19,641 nucleotides of DNA. It comes from Fonticula alba ATCC 38817. Taxonomy: Eukaryota; Protista; Nucleariida. The notes beneath the pieces are model-generated. The model had not been told where the DNA came from. It was given only the letters and a program-made list of their open reading frames with translations, and ran no database searches. The stretch lies in the NCBI GenBank assembly GCA_000388065.2, contig KB932217.1, one strand, 5' to 3'. Below are positions 1 to 9,296 of this stretch, piece by piece. The first letter of the stretch is position 1, and each line of letters opens with the position of its first letter. The translations under genes were made by a program, and so were the position numbers.

Positions 1-2059
1 CTGCCGCGAGGAGGGGGCCGTCGACCGACCGGACGAGCTGCCGGTGGTGGCGAAGGGATTGGCCGCCGCGGCGCCGGCACCGCTCGGGGGCGCTGGCGAG
101 CCAACGCCCCCGGGCGCCGGGCCCCCGCCGCGCTCGGCCATGATCACCTCCAGCTTGGTCATCTTGGCGGTGGAGTCCTGCAGGCGGGAGCGGAGCTGCT
201 TGTTTTCCGACAGGACCTTCCGCAGGAGGTGCCGCTGGGACTCCAGCTCGAAGGCCGCGTCGGCCTGGCGAACCTGTGGCCACATTTCGCCGGGGACCCG
301 CCCATGTGGTGGCACCCGCGCCCGAGAAGCGTCAGACAAGGAAGCGCGAGGATGGTGTGGACCGGCCCGGGCTCGCTCTCACTTTCTGGTGAACATTGAC
401 CAGGGCGCAGGGAGAGGCGAGAGGCGAGAGGCGAGAGGCGAGAGGCGAGAGGCGAGAGGCGAGAGGCGAGAGGCGGGACGCAAGGGGGGGAGAACACGGA
501 AAGAAGCGGGCAGGAGAGCCAGACAAGGAGCAAGAGCCGAAAGGCGGAAGGGAAGAAGCACAAACGCACCCGGGTCTTGGCCAGCTCCTTCTCCACCTGG
601 AAGAGGTCCGTCTCCAGGATGATCATCTGCTCCTGGTACTTGAGGCGCGCCTCGGCATAGAGAGTGCGCAGCTGGTCGGCCGACATCTGGTCCGTGGCCA
701 CGTCGTACTTCTCGGCCAGCAGCTGATGCGGCGCCGGGGGCAGGGACTGGGCCGAGAAGGGGGACCGAGTGCTGGAGCGCCGGCAAAGGGGGGGGGGGGG
801 GGGCAGGGCCCGGGGGAGGGTTAGCATGGGAGGGAGGACGCGGCGGGAAAGAAAAGCCAGGGGGAGGACGCACAGCGATCCGCCGCCGCCGCCGCCGCCG
901 CCGCTGCTGTTCTGATTGAAAGTGGCCAGCGAGCCCATGTGCGAGGAGTGGTCATCATCCGAATCGAAGCCATGGTCCACATGGTGGATGGACGACACGT
1001 CGGACATCGAGTCGAAGGCCGAGATGCTGCGAGGCCGGTGAAGGTGCGGGCAGGGGTGCGGGGGTGAGCAAGGACCCGGGCAGGGGTGCCAACATGGGGG
1101 CGTGAGCGGGAACAAGGGCATGGGTGCAGGCGCGAGGCCATGCGTCAGCGCCCTATGGCGCCACAGCGAGTGACCGGTGCAACGCCCAAGAGAAGGGGGG
1201 GGGGGGGGAAGGAGCAAAAACAACACGGCCACCAACATCCGGGCGACATGGCCCACAAGACCGACGCACCTGTCCCCCTCGGCAATGGCCTCGCAGCCGA
1301 TGGTGACACCGACAATGGCCCGGTGGATCTCCGCCGCCAGGCCACTCTTGCCCTTCTGCGCGGCCGCCTCCTCGGCGTGCGTCGTCAGGGCCAGGGTGAC
1401 GTGGGTGTACTGCGGCGTCTTGGAAGCATACTCCGCCAGGTTGAGGTGCGTCTGTGCCAGGAGTCGGCCGGCCTTGTCCCCGCGAGCCTGTGCTCGCACG
1501 CGGCCGGGCACACCAGCACAAGGCGAAGGACCGAGGGGGGGGGCGCCAGTTAGCCACCCGGGGGGAGGAGGCAGGAGAAAAAAAAACAAGCAGGCGCCAT
1601 CCAATCCACACACACACACACGCACCTCACACAGGCGGATGGCATAGTCTTTCACCTCGTAGAGGGCTGACCCGGCCTCCTTGTACAGGGTGGACACCAT
1701 GACCAGCGGCTGGTCCCAAGTGACACGCATGTTCCCCGGCGACATGGGGGCATGCACGGCCGAGGCATCGGTCGTCGCCTGCCGGCCGCTGCGCGACCAT
1801 TGGATCACCAGCGGCGGGGGGGTCCTATATGGGTGGGCCCCGGGCAGTGGGCCAACGACGGGAGGATGAACAAGTGGCACAGGCGACAGGGGTCAGTGGG
1901 CCGGCATCCCGACAGTCCCCCAAACAAACAACCCACGAGAGCAGGCTCGCGGCTGACGCACCAGCCGCTCTGGAACTGCAAGTCCGCATACTGGACCGTG
2001 AGGGAGAACTTGTACTTCTCGGCCTTCTTGCCGATGCGACGGGCGCGACGCCTAAGCAT
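1..2059 (-). CDS. NT-C2 (EEIG1/EHBP1-type N-terminal C2) domain protein with downstream coiled coil; 3'-partial, 6 exons
   Basis: Exons (minus strand) 2059-1962, 1824-1626, 1487-1270, 1026-874, 771-570, 273-<1; all introns GT-AG with GTGCGT donors and consistent phases. Spliced N-terminus MLRRRARRIGKKAEKYKFSLTVQYADLQFQSGWTPPPLVIQWSRSGRQ...TLYKE...YEVKDY...LLAQTHLNLAEYASKTPQYTHVTL matches the EHBP1 NT-C2 pattern from memory (KxxKF, WxR, TLxKx, LAxxxxNxxxYAS). It is followed by an S/D/G-rich linker and a heptad-like helix (QLRTLYAEARLKYQEQMIILETDLFQVEKELAKTR|VRQ...LRSRLQDSTAKMTKLE). No stop codon before position 1. No CH or bMERB domain is seen, so no gene symbol is given. Confidence 0.82.
412..474. 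repeat. Perfect heptamer tandem repeat (GAGAGGC)x9 in intron 5 of the NT-C2 gene
   Basis: Read directly: 63 nt, 9 identical units; pyrimidine-rich (GCCTCTC)n on the gene's sense strand. Confidence 0.95.
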
Positions 2060-2879
2060 CGTACACGGGCCCTGTGGGGGAGATGAGGCACAGAGGAGGC
2101 CTGGGAGGGGGGGGGGGGGGGGAATAAGAGGAAGGGCGAGAGGGACAGGGGGGGGAGGCGTAAGGGGGAGCCGGAGCGGGATGCCAGGCGGCCATGGCGC
2201 TGCGTCTCCGGCAGCAGCCGAAAAAACACCCCCCGCCTCCCGGAGCGTGAAAGGACGCCGAGGAAGCCGAAGATCGGCGCCTTCCCCGGCGGGAGGAGGG
2301 GCCCCTGTGGACGAAGCGCCATCCGGGGGACGAGTCGTCGCGCCGGGCCGAGACAACGCCCGGGAAAGGAGGCCGTCGGGGGCCAGGCCCCTGGAACGGC
2401 GGGCTCCCCCGGTGGGGTTCCCGCAGGCCTGCCCCCTCGCTCCGCCTGCCCCCCGCCAATAGAGCGGGCGATCCGAGCCAAATGCAGCGACTGCGCGCGC
2501 GCGCGCACCTCGGACCCCGGGGCCGAGCAGCGCCCGGCCGCTTGGGCGGGAGATATGGGCGGCGGACGCTAGGCCCCAGGGAACCTGGCCCCGCGGCGCG
2601 GCCCCGCGCGCATTTCCCCCTTCTCCGTCAGAAGACACCCCACCCGGGCGAAAGAAGCGGGCACGCAGCACCCCCCATCGCTTGGGAGCACGGATCCCGC
2701 GCCCAAGCACACTCGAAGGCACAGGCACAGACACAGGCACACCGCCGCCGCCGCCGCCAGCCATGGAAGAACACGGCGCGCGACAAGGAATGGCCCCGCT
2801 CGGGCGAGGCCGGCAGGGGGCTCGGTCCCGGCGCTGCCACTGCTTTTTCCCCTCCGGCGAGGGGCGCCCCCCGGCCGGA

Positions 2880-3250
2880 GCCAGGGTCCATGCCGGAAAT
2901 GTACGTCTTTTCGCACGTGACCCGCGCTCTGCGAAGGAATTTTCATGACTCGTTCGCGGCCCGCGCCAACACGCGCGCCCCCCCCCCCCCCCCCCCGGCT
3001 GCCCCCTCGGCCGGGGAGCCGGCGCCGGCCCGGGCCGCGCGTCTGCACCCCCCCCACAAACCCCCCCCCCCCGGCGGGGGGCGCCCCCCCCCCGGGCCAG
3101 GGTCCATGCCGGAAATGTACGTCTTTTCGCACGTGACCCGCGCTCTGCGAAGGAATTTTCATGACTCGTTCGCGGCCCGCGCCAACACGCGCGCCCCCCC
3201 CCCCCCCCCCCCGGCTGCCCCCTCGGCCGGGGAGCCGGCGCCGGCCCGGG
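2880..3250. repeat. Identical 155-bp direct duplication (2880-3034 and 3096-3250; period 216 bp) in the divergent intergenic region
   Basis: Both copies read GCCAGGGTCCATGCCGGAAATGTACGTCTTTTCGCACGTGACC...C19...GGCGCCGGCCCGGG; even the 19-C run has the same length. The spacer is 61 bp. Confidence 0.93.
2914..3137. promoter_or_regulatory. Two CACGTGAC (reverse complement GTCACGTG) E-box/CLEAR/Cbf1-type motifs at 2914-2921 and 3130-3137, each followed by ATGACTC (2945-2951, 3161-3167)
   Basis: Motifs are seen directly. A function as bHLH-ZIP/bZIP sites is inferred from consensus similarity and from their position between divergent genes. Confidence 0.35.
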
Positions 3251-3533
3251 TGCGGCGATTGGAACGCCCCGGAAGAAGGCCCTCGCCCGGGCGATTGCTT
3301 GCGTGGCCGGCCCCACCAAGGGCCAGCCTGGGCCCCGCCCGCGCAGGCCAGCGGCAGCGCATCTTCCCGGCTGGCCACTGGCGCAGGAGGGGGGGGGGGG
3401 GCCTTTTTGAGTGGCCGCGCGCGCCTCCGCGGGTCCCTGCCGCCGCACCATCCCACTCCTCCCGCCCTTCCTCCTCCCCCCTTTTTCCCCCACCCCCCCC
3501 TCTGCTCCGCGCGCGAGAAAGAAAAAGCCCACC

Positions 3534-3786
3534 ATGTCCACCATCCAGACCTCCGACAAGACGACGGAGCAGGCCCCCGTCCTGCCGCAGGTCCCCGGCG
3601 CCGTTGTCGCCAAGCTGGTCATGTTCAGCATCGCCATGCTTGCCCTGCCGCTGATCACCTACTTCGTCAGCACCAACGTCTTCAAGTGTGCGTCCGCCTC
3701 ATGCATCCCACGCAGGCTCTCGGGGTCCTACCCACCGGCACGCGCACGCACGCACGCACACTCACACACGCACGCACGCACGCACA

Positions 3787-3826
<40 letters not shown>

Positions 3827-4091
3827 CACTCGCACACTCGCACGCACCTCTCCCCCAGTTGGCACCTATTGGGCGGCTGGCTTCACCGTGGCCATGGTTC
3901 ACCTGGTCCTCTTCGCGTACATCGTGGTGGCCGTCATCGAGGACCGTTCCACCGCCGAGGATGTTGCCCGGCACAAGAAGTCCCTGGCCAATGCCGCGGC
4001 CGCCGCCACCGGGGAGGACGACGACGAGAGCACCACGCAGGTGGTCTCCAAGTCGTCGGGCGGTGCCTCCAAGCGCCGCTCGAACAAGTGA
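3534..4091 (+). CDS. VMA21: VMA21-like vacuolar ATPase assembly integral membrane protein, 128 aa, 2 exons
   Basis: Exons 3534-3687 and 3859-4091 (GTGCGT...CCCAG, phase 1). Product MSTIQ...VPGAVVAKLVMFSIAMLALPLITYFVSTNVFKFGTYWAAGFTVAMVHLVLFAYIVVAVIED...KRRSNK has two TM helices with the VMA21 hallmarks KLxxFxxxMxxxPLxxYF and AAxxxVxxVHxVLxxYI, and a basic C-terminus. Confidence 0.85.
3740..3846. repeat. Imperfect (GCAC)n/(CA)n microsatellite in the VMA21 intron
   Basis: Read directly. Confidence 0.9.
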
Positions 4092-4186
4092 GCCCTGGCC
4101 ATGGGGCCGGCGCGCACGCATGACCACGCCCCCGCCCCATCTGCCGCGTCCACGCACACCCGCACCCGCACCCGCACGGCAGCATG

Positions 4187-4196
4187 CAATACAAAT
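4187..4196 (+). terminator. Candidate polyadenylation signal CAATACAAAT (VMA21)
   Basis: About 95 nt after the stop codon; same motif family as found downstream of the other four stops. Confidence 0.5.
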
Positions 4197-4250
4197 AGAC
4201 TTGTCCCCTCCCCCTCTGTCTTCCGCATGATGGCGCTCCCGGTGGCTGGC

Positions 4251-4260
4251 ATTTATATTG
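4251..4260 (-). terminator. Candidate polyadenylation signal CAATATAAAT (SETD9-like gene)
   Basis: About 72 nt after the stop codon, on the sense (minus) strand. Confidence 0.5.
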
Positions 4261-4332
4261 TCCCCGGCACTTGCCCCCACCATCGGGCGCGAGGGCCGTG
4301 ACACGCGCGCACATGCGCACATCTCGGATGCA

Positions 4333-4476
4333 TCACCAGGCCTGCTCCCCCTCCTGGGACACGGGAGTGTACCAGTCGGGCAGGTCAGACGAGACATCCA
4401 GCGCGTAACTTCGATCCAGGAGCCGCATGATGCCCAGGCGGTTAGAGACATCGCACATCCATGCAGCATGAAGGCC

Positions 4477-4514
<38 letters not shown>

Positions 4515-5982
4515 CGCGCCCATGTGGGGGAGCCAGAGGAAGCGGGCGGGAGGAGGCAGATGAAAGAACGAAGGAACACGCACTCGACGAAGATCTCCTC
4601 ATCCTGCAGGTCACGCGTGGCCACATACGCCACGGTCGGGATGGTGGGGTTGGTGAAGAGATTGGCCGAGATTTCTTGCCCGCCCGGGGGCCGGTTGTGG
4701 CGATCGCGGAACTTGCTGCGAAGCAGGAGCGACCGCAGGTAAAGGTCCTCCACGATCATGAAGATGTCATTGTGCGGCGAGCTGAGGAAGCGCGAGGGGA
4801 TGTGCTGCAGCCAGGTGCCCGGCGGCAGGGCGAAGATGTCCTGGAAAGACCGGACCACGGCCTCCATCGGCACGCCGGCCGGCGGCGGGGTCAACAGCGT
4901 CCGGATCGTGGCCTCATTGGCGCCCGTCCGCCGTAGGGGGACATTCACCGTGAAGGGCGCCACCGAGGGGCCGCCAGGGGCCCCGGCCGGCGGGTGATTC
5001 AGGAAATGCCCGAACCCCAGCGGCGTGGCCGGGATATTCTGCGGCGCATATACCCCATCCAGATGGGGGAAGTGATTGGTTGCCAGCAGGCCCCCATCGT
5101 AGCTGACATCCTCCGGCTTGCGCGGGCCCCCGCGCAGGGCCTGGCCCGCCCGGCGGAAGAGCCCGAAGATATAGTCATTGACCGGGTCGATGCCGGGGGC
5201 GCTGTGCTCCATGGCGCTGGCCACCGCCGCCGGGTGCTGGCCATTCTCCAGCCCCAGCGGCGTGAAGGCCCGCGAGGGGAAGTACCCGGAGGCCTCGATG
5301 ACCAGCGAGTCGGCCCGGGCCAATTTGCAATGCGGGTCCATCAGAGGCCGCATGGTTTGTAGGGTTCGGAAGAGGGACGGCGTGAACTGTGGCCGCATCG
5401 GCCGGGGGGGGGAGAGAGAGAGAGAGGTCAGTGGCGACCAGCAGGTGGGGCGAGGGGGCGATCCAAGCACAAACCCGCCGGGATGCCCCCGTGTGGCAAT
5501 GAAGTGGCAGGGGAAGGATCATCAGAAAGAAGAAGGAGGGCCGGGGGCAAGGCAAAGGCCAGGCGCACCACAATGCCCGGATGCAGGGTGACCACCGATC
5601 CGGCCGGGGCGAAGCCCCGCACAAAGACGCCGGTCCCATGGACCGGCGAGTGGTCCAGCTCCACGGTAAAGCCCCCGGGGAAATGTGCCACATGGTCGGC
5701 GGCCGCCTGCTCCGAGGTCAGCGTGTCCTGGTGGCGGATGAAGCGCGCAAGTTGCTCCAGGACCACGCGCTGCGCGTGCATCTGCATCATGAAGGCCGGC
5801 AGGTCCGGACTCGCCGGGGGAGGGTCCCCGGAGGCGGGGCCAGGCGCGGGATCCGCCGCGCCGCCCATCAGATGCTCGCGCTCGTAGGCGCCCAGCAGCC
5901 TGGACATCGGCCCCAGCGAGGGATACCCGCTGAGGAAGGACCGCCGCGAGTGCTGCACAACCGACAAGAGGATTGAAGTCAT
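4333..5982 (-). CDS. SETD9: SETD9 (C5orf35)-like SET-domain protein, 430 aa, 3 exons
   Basis: Exons 5982-5569, 5386-4584, 4408-4333 (phases 0 and 2; CTAAC branch point upstream of the last acceptor). Motifs FTVELDHSPVHGTGVFVRGFAPAGSVVTLHPGIV|FTP, PLGFGHFLNHPP, VAYVATRDLQDEEIFVDY and terminal LPDWYTPV...W match the SETD9 family layout from memory (GxGVF...VxxxPG; PLAxGxxxN; ALRDIxxGEELFxxY). Orthology needs an HMM check. Confidence 0.72.
4481..4512. repeat. (AG)16 microsatellite in SETD9-like intron 2 ((CT)n on the sense strand)
   Basis: Read directly. Confidence 0.95.
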
Positions 5983-6314
5983 CCCGAGGAAAAGAGGGGA
6001 GGAAAAGGGAGGAGGGGAGAGGGAGCGGTGACGGATCGCCCGGTCCCGGACACGTTCCACCCACGGCGCGGTCTCTTGGGGGGGGGCATGCCGGTCGGCC
6101 GAGTGCCAACGAATCGGCGCCATGTGCGACGCCGCGATCTGCCGGCCCACGCCCGGGCCAGGGGGGGGGCGCGGGCTGAAAAGGCATCGGGGCCGGCGGG
6201 CACCATCGCCGCCCCTGCCATCTCGTGTGAACCACTCGCCCCCCCCCCTCTCTCTCTCTCTACCCCTCGCCCCACCCTTTCCGCCCCGCACCGGTCGTGG
6301 AGGAGCCCCACACC
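5983..6314. promoter_or_regulatory. Compact bidirectional promoter region (332 bp between divergent ATGs of the SETD9-like and PDCD2L-like genes)
   Basis: Head-to-head start codons at 5982 (-) and 6315 (+). Confidence 0.6.
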
Positions 6315-8339
6315 ATGGTCGCCGATGTGCTGATCGGCATCCCGTATGAGCGGGTCGCCGGTGTCCCCAAGTACCAGGCCGACCCGGCCAAGCGTCAGCC
6401 GCTCCCGCGCCGTCTCCTCGCGCGCCTGGCACAGGCGCACCACACGCGCATTGGCGGGCCGCCGGTACGCACACATGAGTGTGTCTGCCCGCCTGGCCTG
6501 CCAGATCGGCGGCCTTCCCGGCGCCTGTATGCCACATGCTCTGACCCCCCCTCTCTCTCTCTCTCTCTCTCTCCCTCCCTCGTCCGCTCCCCGCGCCCGG
6601 ATGGCCGTGTCGCCCAGCTCTTCTTGCAGAAGGCCCTCGCTCCGACGCTCGACCAGCTGGCCTGCCCGCTGTGCACCGCCACCATGACCTTCCTGCTGCA
6701 GGGTGCGCAATCATCCACGTTGCCCGTGCCACCTCCCTGTCTCGGATTCATGCGCTCCCTCTCGCCCTCCTCGGTGGCCTGACATGGATGTGGTCCTCCC
6801 CCGGGCAGTGTACTCGCCGATCGATGACGAGCACCACCGCCTGCTCCATGTGTTCGCGTGCCTGGGTGCCGGTTGCCAGAAGGCCGCCTCGCCCGGTGCC
6901 TGGCGGGTTTTCCGTTCGCAGATCCCGCTCGCCGACTTCCGGCTCCCGGCTGAAGCGACCCCGACGCCCCTGGCCGCCAAGCCCCGTGCGGCGCCCCTCT
7001 TTGCGATGGACGACGACTGGGGCGTCGGCGACAAGGATGCCTGGGGCGCTGCCGGCGACACTGGCTCCCCTGGCGCCGCCGACAAGGACGCCTGGGGCGT
7101 CGGTGACACGGATGCCTGGGGCACTGCCGGCAACAAGGATGCTTGGGGTGGTAGCAATGACGCCGCCCCTGCCCCCACCAACAACAAGAATGCCTGGGCC
7201 ACAGACAACAGCAAGGTCACCGGCTGGCCGGCGGGAGCCGCGGCCAGTCTGGCACCCGGCGCGTCGGGCCTCGAGGCCTTCGTGTCGCTGGACCACCCAT
7301 ACGTCACCCAGTGCCACATCCTCGACGGGGTCGCCGAGCAGCAGACCGGCCTCCTGGACAGCTCGGATGATGAGGCCGACGCACTTCCCCCCGGCCGTGC
7401 CCTGGGGAGCTTGACCAAGCACGAGCAGGAGCTCCTGCGTCAGTATGAGGCGGAGCACGGCTCCATCGACAAGCTCCTGGCCTCGGTGGAGAAGAAGGCT
7501 GCCAAGAGTGCGGCCGCCGCCACCGCCGCCGCCGCCGCAGCCCCGCCGGGGCCCGACACCGCCGGCGACGAGAAGGGCTCGATCACCGAGGCCCAGGCCT
7601 CCTGGGTCGGTGAGCAATATGAGGTCCAATCCTTCCGCGGGGTGGATGACTCTCTGGTCCGGTTCCAGGCCGCGGTGGCCGCCTACCCCGGGCAGTCGAT
7701 CCGGTGCGTGGCCCGGCTCCATGATCGCCTGCGCGCCTCGCCTTTCTCCTTTGTCCTCTCCTCTTCTCCATCCTCCTTTCCCCACCTTTCCTCCCCTTTC
7801 GCGTGTCCCTCCCCTCGCGCTCACACATGTCCCTGGCCCCCGGTCTCCTTCTCCCTCCCGCACGCAGCTACTCCAACGGCATTGACGGCCGGCCACTGGC
7901 CTTCTCCGACGATCCGGCCCTGTCACCGGCCTCCGGCAGCGAGCAGTCCCCCCGGTGTGCCAACTGCGGCGGTGTGTCGGTCTTCGAAGTGCAGCTCATG
8001 CCGGCCCTCATCAGCCAGCTGGACCTGTGTGGCAATCGCCTGCTCACGCCCACCGACGCGGCAGCCGCGCAACAGGCAGCTGCTGCGCCTGGCCAGGCCC
8101 CTGGGGGGCCGCTGCCTGCCGCCTTGGCCGAGGCGCTGGGCATTGCGACCACCTCTTCCGGGGGCGGGGCCCCGGCGCGCCCCAAGCAGCAACAGCAGCA
8201 GCAGCAGCAGCAGCTCCTGGACTTTGGCACGGTGTTGGTTTACAGCTGCCTCGACAACTGCGATCCCTCCCTGACGCACGACATGCCGACCCACTCGCTC
8301 GCAGGGCCGGCGGTGCTGGTGCACCCGGACCTGTACTAG
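6315..8339 (+). CDS. PDCD2L: PDCD2L/Tsr4-like protein (uS5/Rps2 chaperone family, PDCD2_C domain), 533 aa, 4 exons
   Basis: Exons 6315-6464, 6618-6702, 6809-7703, 7868-8339 (phases 0,1,2; the exon 2 acceptor could alternatively be 6630). Motifs RIGGPP, CPLC...FLLQ|VYSP...RLLHVFAC...C...WRVFRSQ, IRY...GRPL, CANCGG...FEVQLMP, LDFGTVLVYSCLDNC are the Tsr4/PDCD2L signatures. No MYND finger is seen, which favours PDCD2L over PDCD2. A polyQ tract lies near 8186-8214. Confidence 0.85.
7009..7227 (+). repeat. In-frame WG-containing peptide repeat ([D/N][K/T][D/N]AW[G/A] x5, plus DDWG and TGW) inside the PDCD2L-like CDS
   Basis: 18-nt units at 7030-7047, 7081-7098, 7105-7122, 7132-7149 and 7183-7200 (consensus GACAAGGATGCCTGGGGC). 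Confidence 0.9.
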
Positions 8340-8762
8340 GGGGCCTGGGTCTGCTGTGTCTACACATGTGATCTCTCCGTCGCGTGATCCCCTCCCGGGG
8401 TTGCAGGGTTGAGGGCGAACGGTGGCGAGCGCGCGCGCGCGCGCGCGGGACGGGCGGGGGGGGGGACGGGCAGGAACCGAGGCAGAGACAGGGAGAGGGA
8501 GAGAGGGCGAAGCCTGGGCATGACCAACCGCCGGGAGACAGACAAGAGAGGGATGGGGGGGGGGGGGGCCGCCGACGGCATGGCGTAGCCTGCCTGGAGG
8601 GGGGGCAGGCTCGTCTCCAAGGCCGCGCGTGCCGACACGCCACGCCGGGCCGAGGGTGACTCGCCCGACCGGGGGCCGCCTTGACCGGCCACCGGGCGAG
8701 GAGGGCAGCAGGGGGGGGGGAAAGGCACGTTGCCCGTTGGGTGATTAAGTGCGCACATGCAG

Positions 8763-8798
<36 letters not shown>

Positions 8799-8813
8799 GC
8801 GCGTGCGCGTGCG
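8763..8813. repeat. (GT)n/(GC)n microsatellite beginning with a GTGCGT donor-like hexamer
   Basis: Read directly. Confidence 0.9.
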
Positions 8814-9296
8814 CGGAGGGCTGCGGGGTGCCCGCACTGGCTCTTTGTTTATTTCCCGACGATGCATCGAGGGGGGAGGAGGGTGAAGACCGGCCGGTGC
8901 CGGGCACGGCGCGGAAGACCCACCAGAGGCAGGACCGGCGGGAGGGGGTGGGGGCGTGCCGCGGCGGCGGCGTGCGGGCAGGGAGAGCACGGCCCGGGAG
9001 ACATGGAGAGGCCTGCGAAGGCCGGGTGCATCCGTCTCGACCTGGGTTTGACCCCCATTCGGCACCGGCCGGGGGGGGGGCCGGCGGACACGGCCCCTTA
9101 CGCCTGCTCCCGCGGCTGGTCCGCCTTCTGTCCCGGGGGAGACCGGCGTCGCTGGCGGCGCCGTCCCACTGCCCCCCCCCCCCCCGGGCGCAGCCTTGTT
9201 CCCCTCCGGCGCCTGTGTGCGCGCGCACGTCGGCACCGGCAGCCGGCCGGTGTTGCCGATGATAGACCGGCCGGCAACGCCAGGGGCGCGCCGGTG

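Noticed and set aside
412-474. Tandem repeats as CRISPR or telomeric arrays
   Set aside because: There are no unique spacers or cas genes, and the repeats are intronic simple repeats in a eukaryotic gene.
2880-3250. Direct repeats as LTRs of a mini-retroelement
   Set aside because: No TG...CA termini, PBS, PPT or target-site duplication; the spacer is only 61 bp.
2482-3654. 390-aa plus-strand ORF with a repeated MPEMYVFSHVTRALRRNFHDSF peptide
   Set aside because: It results from the 216-bp (multiple of 3) duplication in stop-poor GC-rich DNA; there is no domain similarity and no coding-like codon bias.
1805-3658. 617-aa minus-strand ORF in frame with NT-C2 exon 1
   Set aside because: The upstream part is G/P/R low-complexity, runs through poly-G tracts and the duplicated promoter, and overlaps VMA21 antisense. 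The EHBP1-like similarity starts at the Met at 2059.
6394-6434. Extra 41-nt intron in PDCD2L exon 1 (GTCAGC...CACAG)
   Set aside because: Removing it would shift the frame away from the conserved RIGGPP motif; the unspliced frame is open.
8956-9066. tRNA-like fragment (CTGGG-TTTGACC-CCCAT T-arm mimic; GTGCCGC/TCGGCAC acceptor-like pairing)
   Set aside because: The T-loop lacks the TTC consensus, there is no D-arm or A-box and no anticodon stem, and the spacing is wrong.
9252-9275. SECIS or C/D-box interpretation of the ATGATAG-containing hairpin
   Set aside because: No AUGA/GA quartet geometry, no D box, and no in-frame TGA in any gene model.
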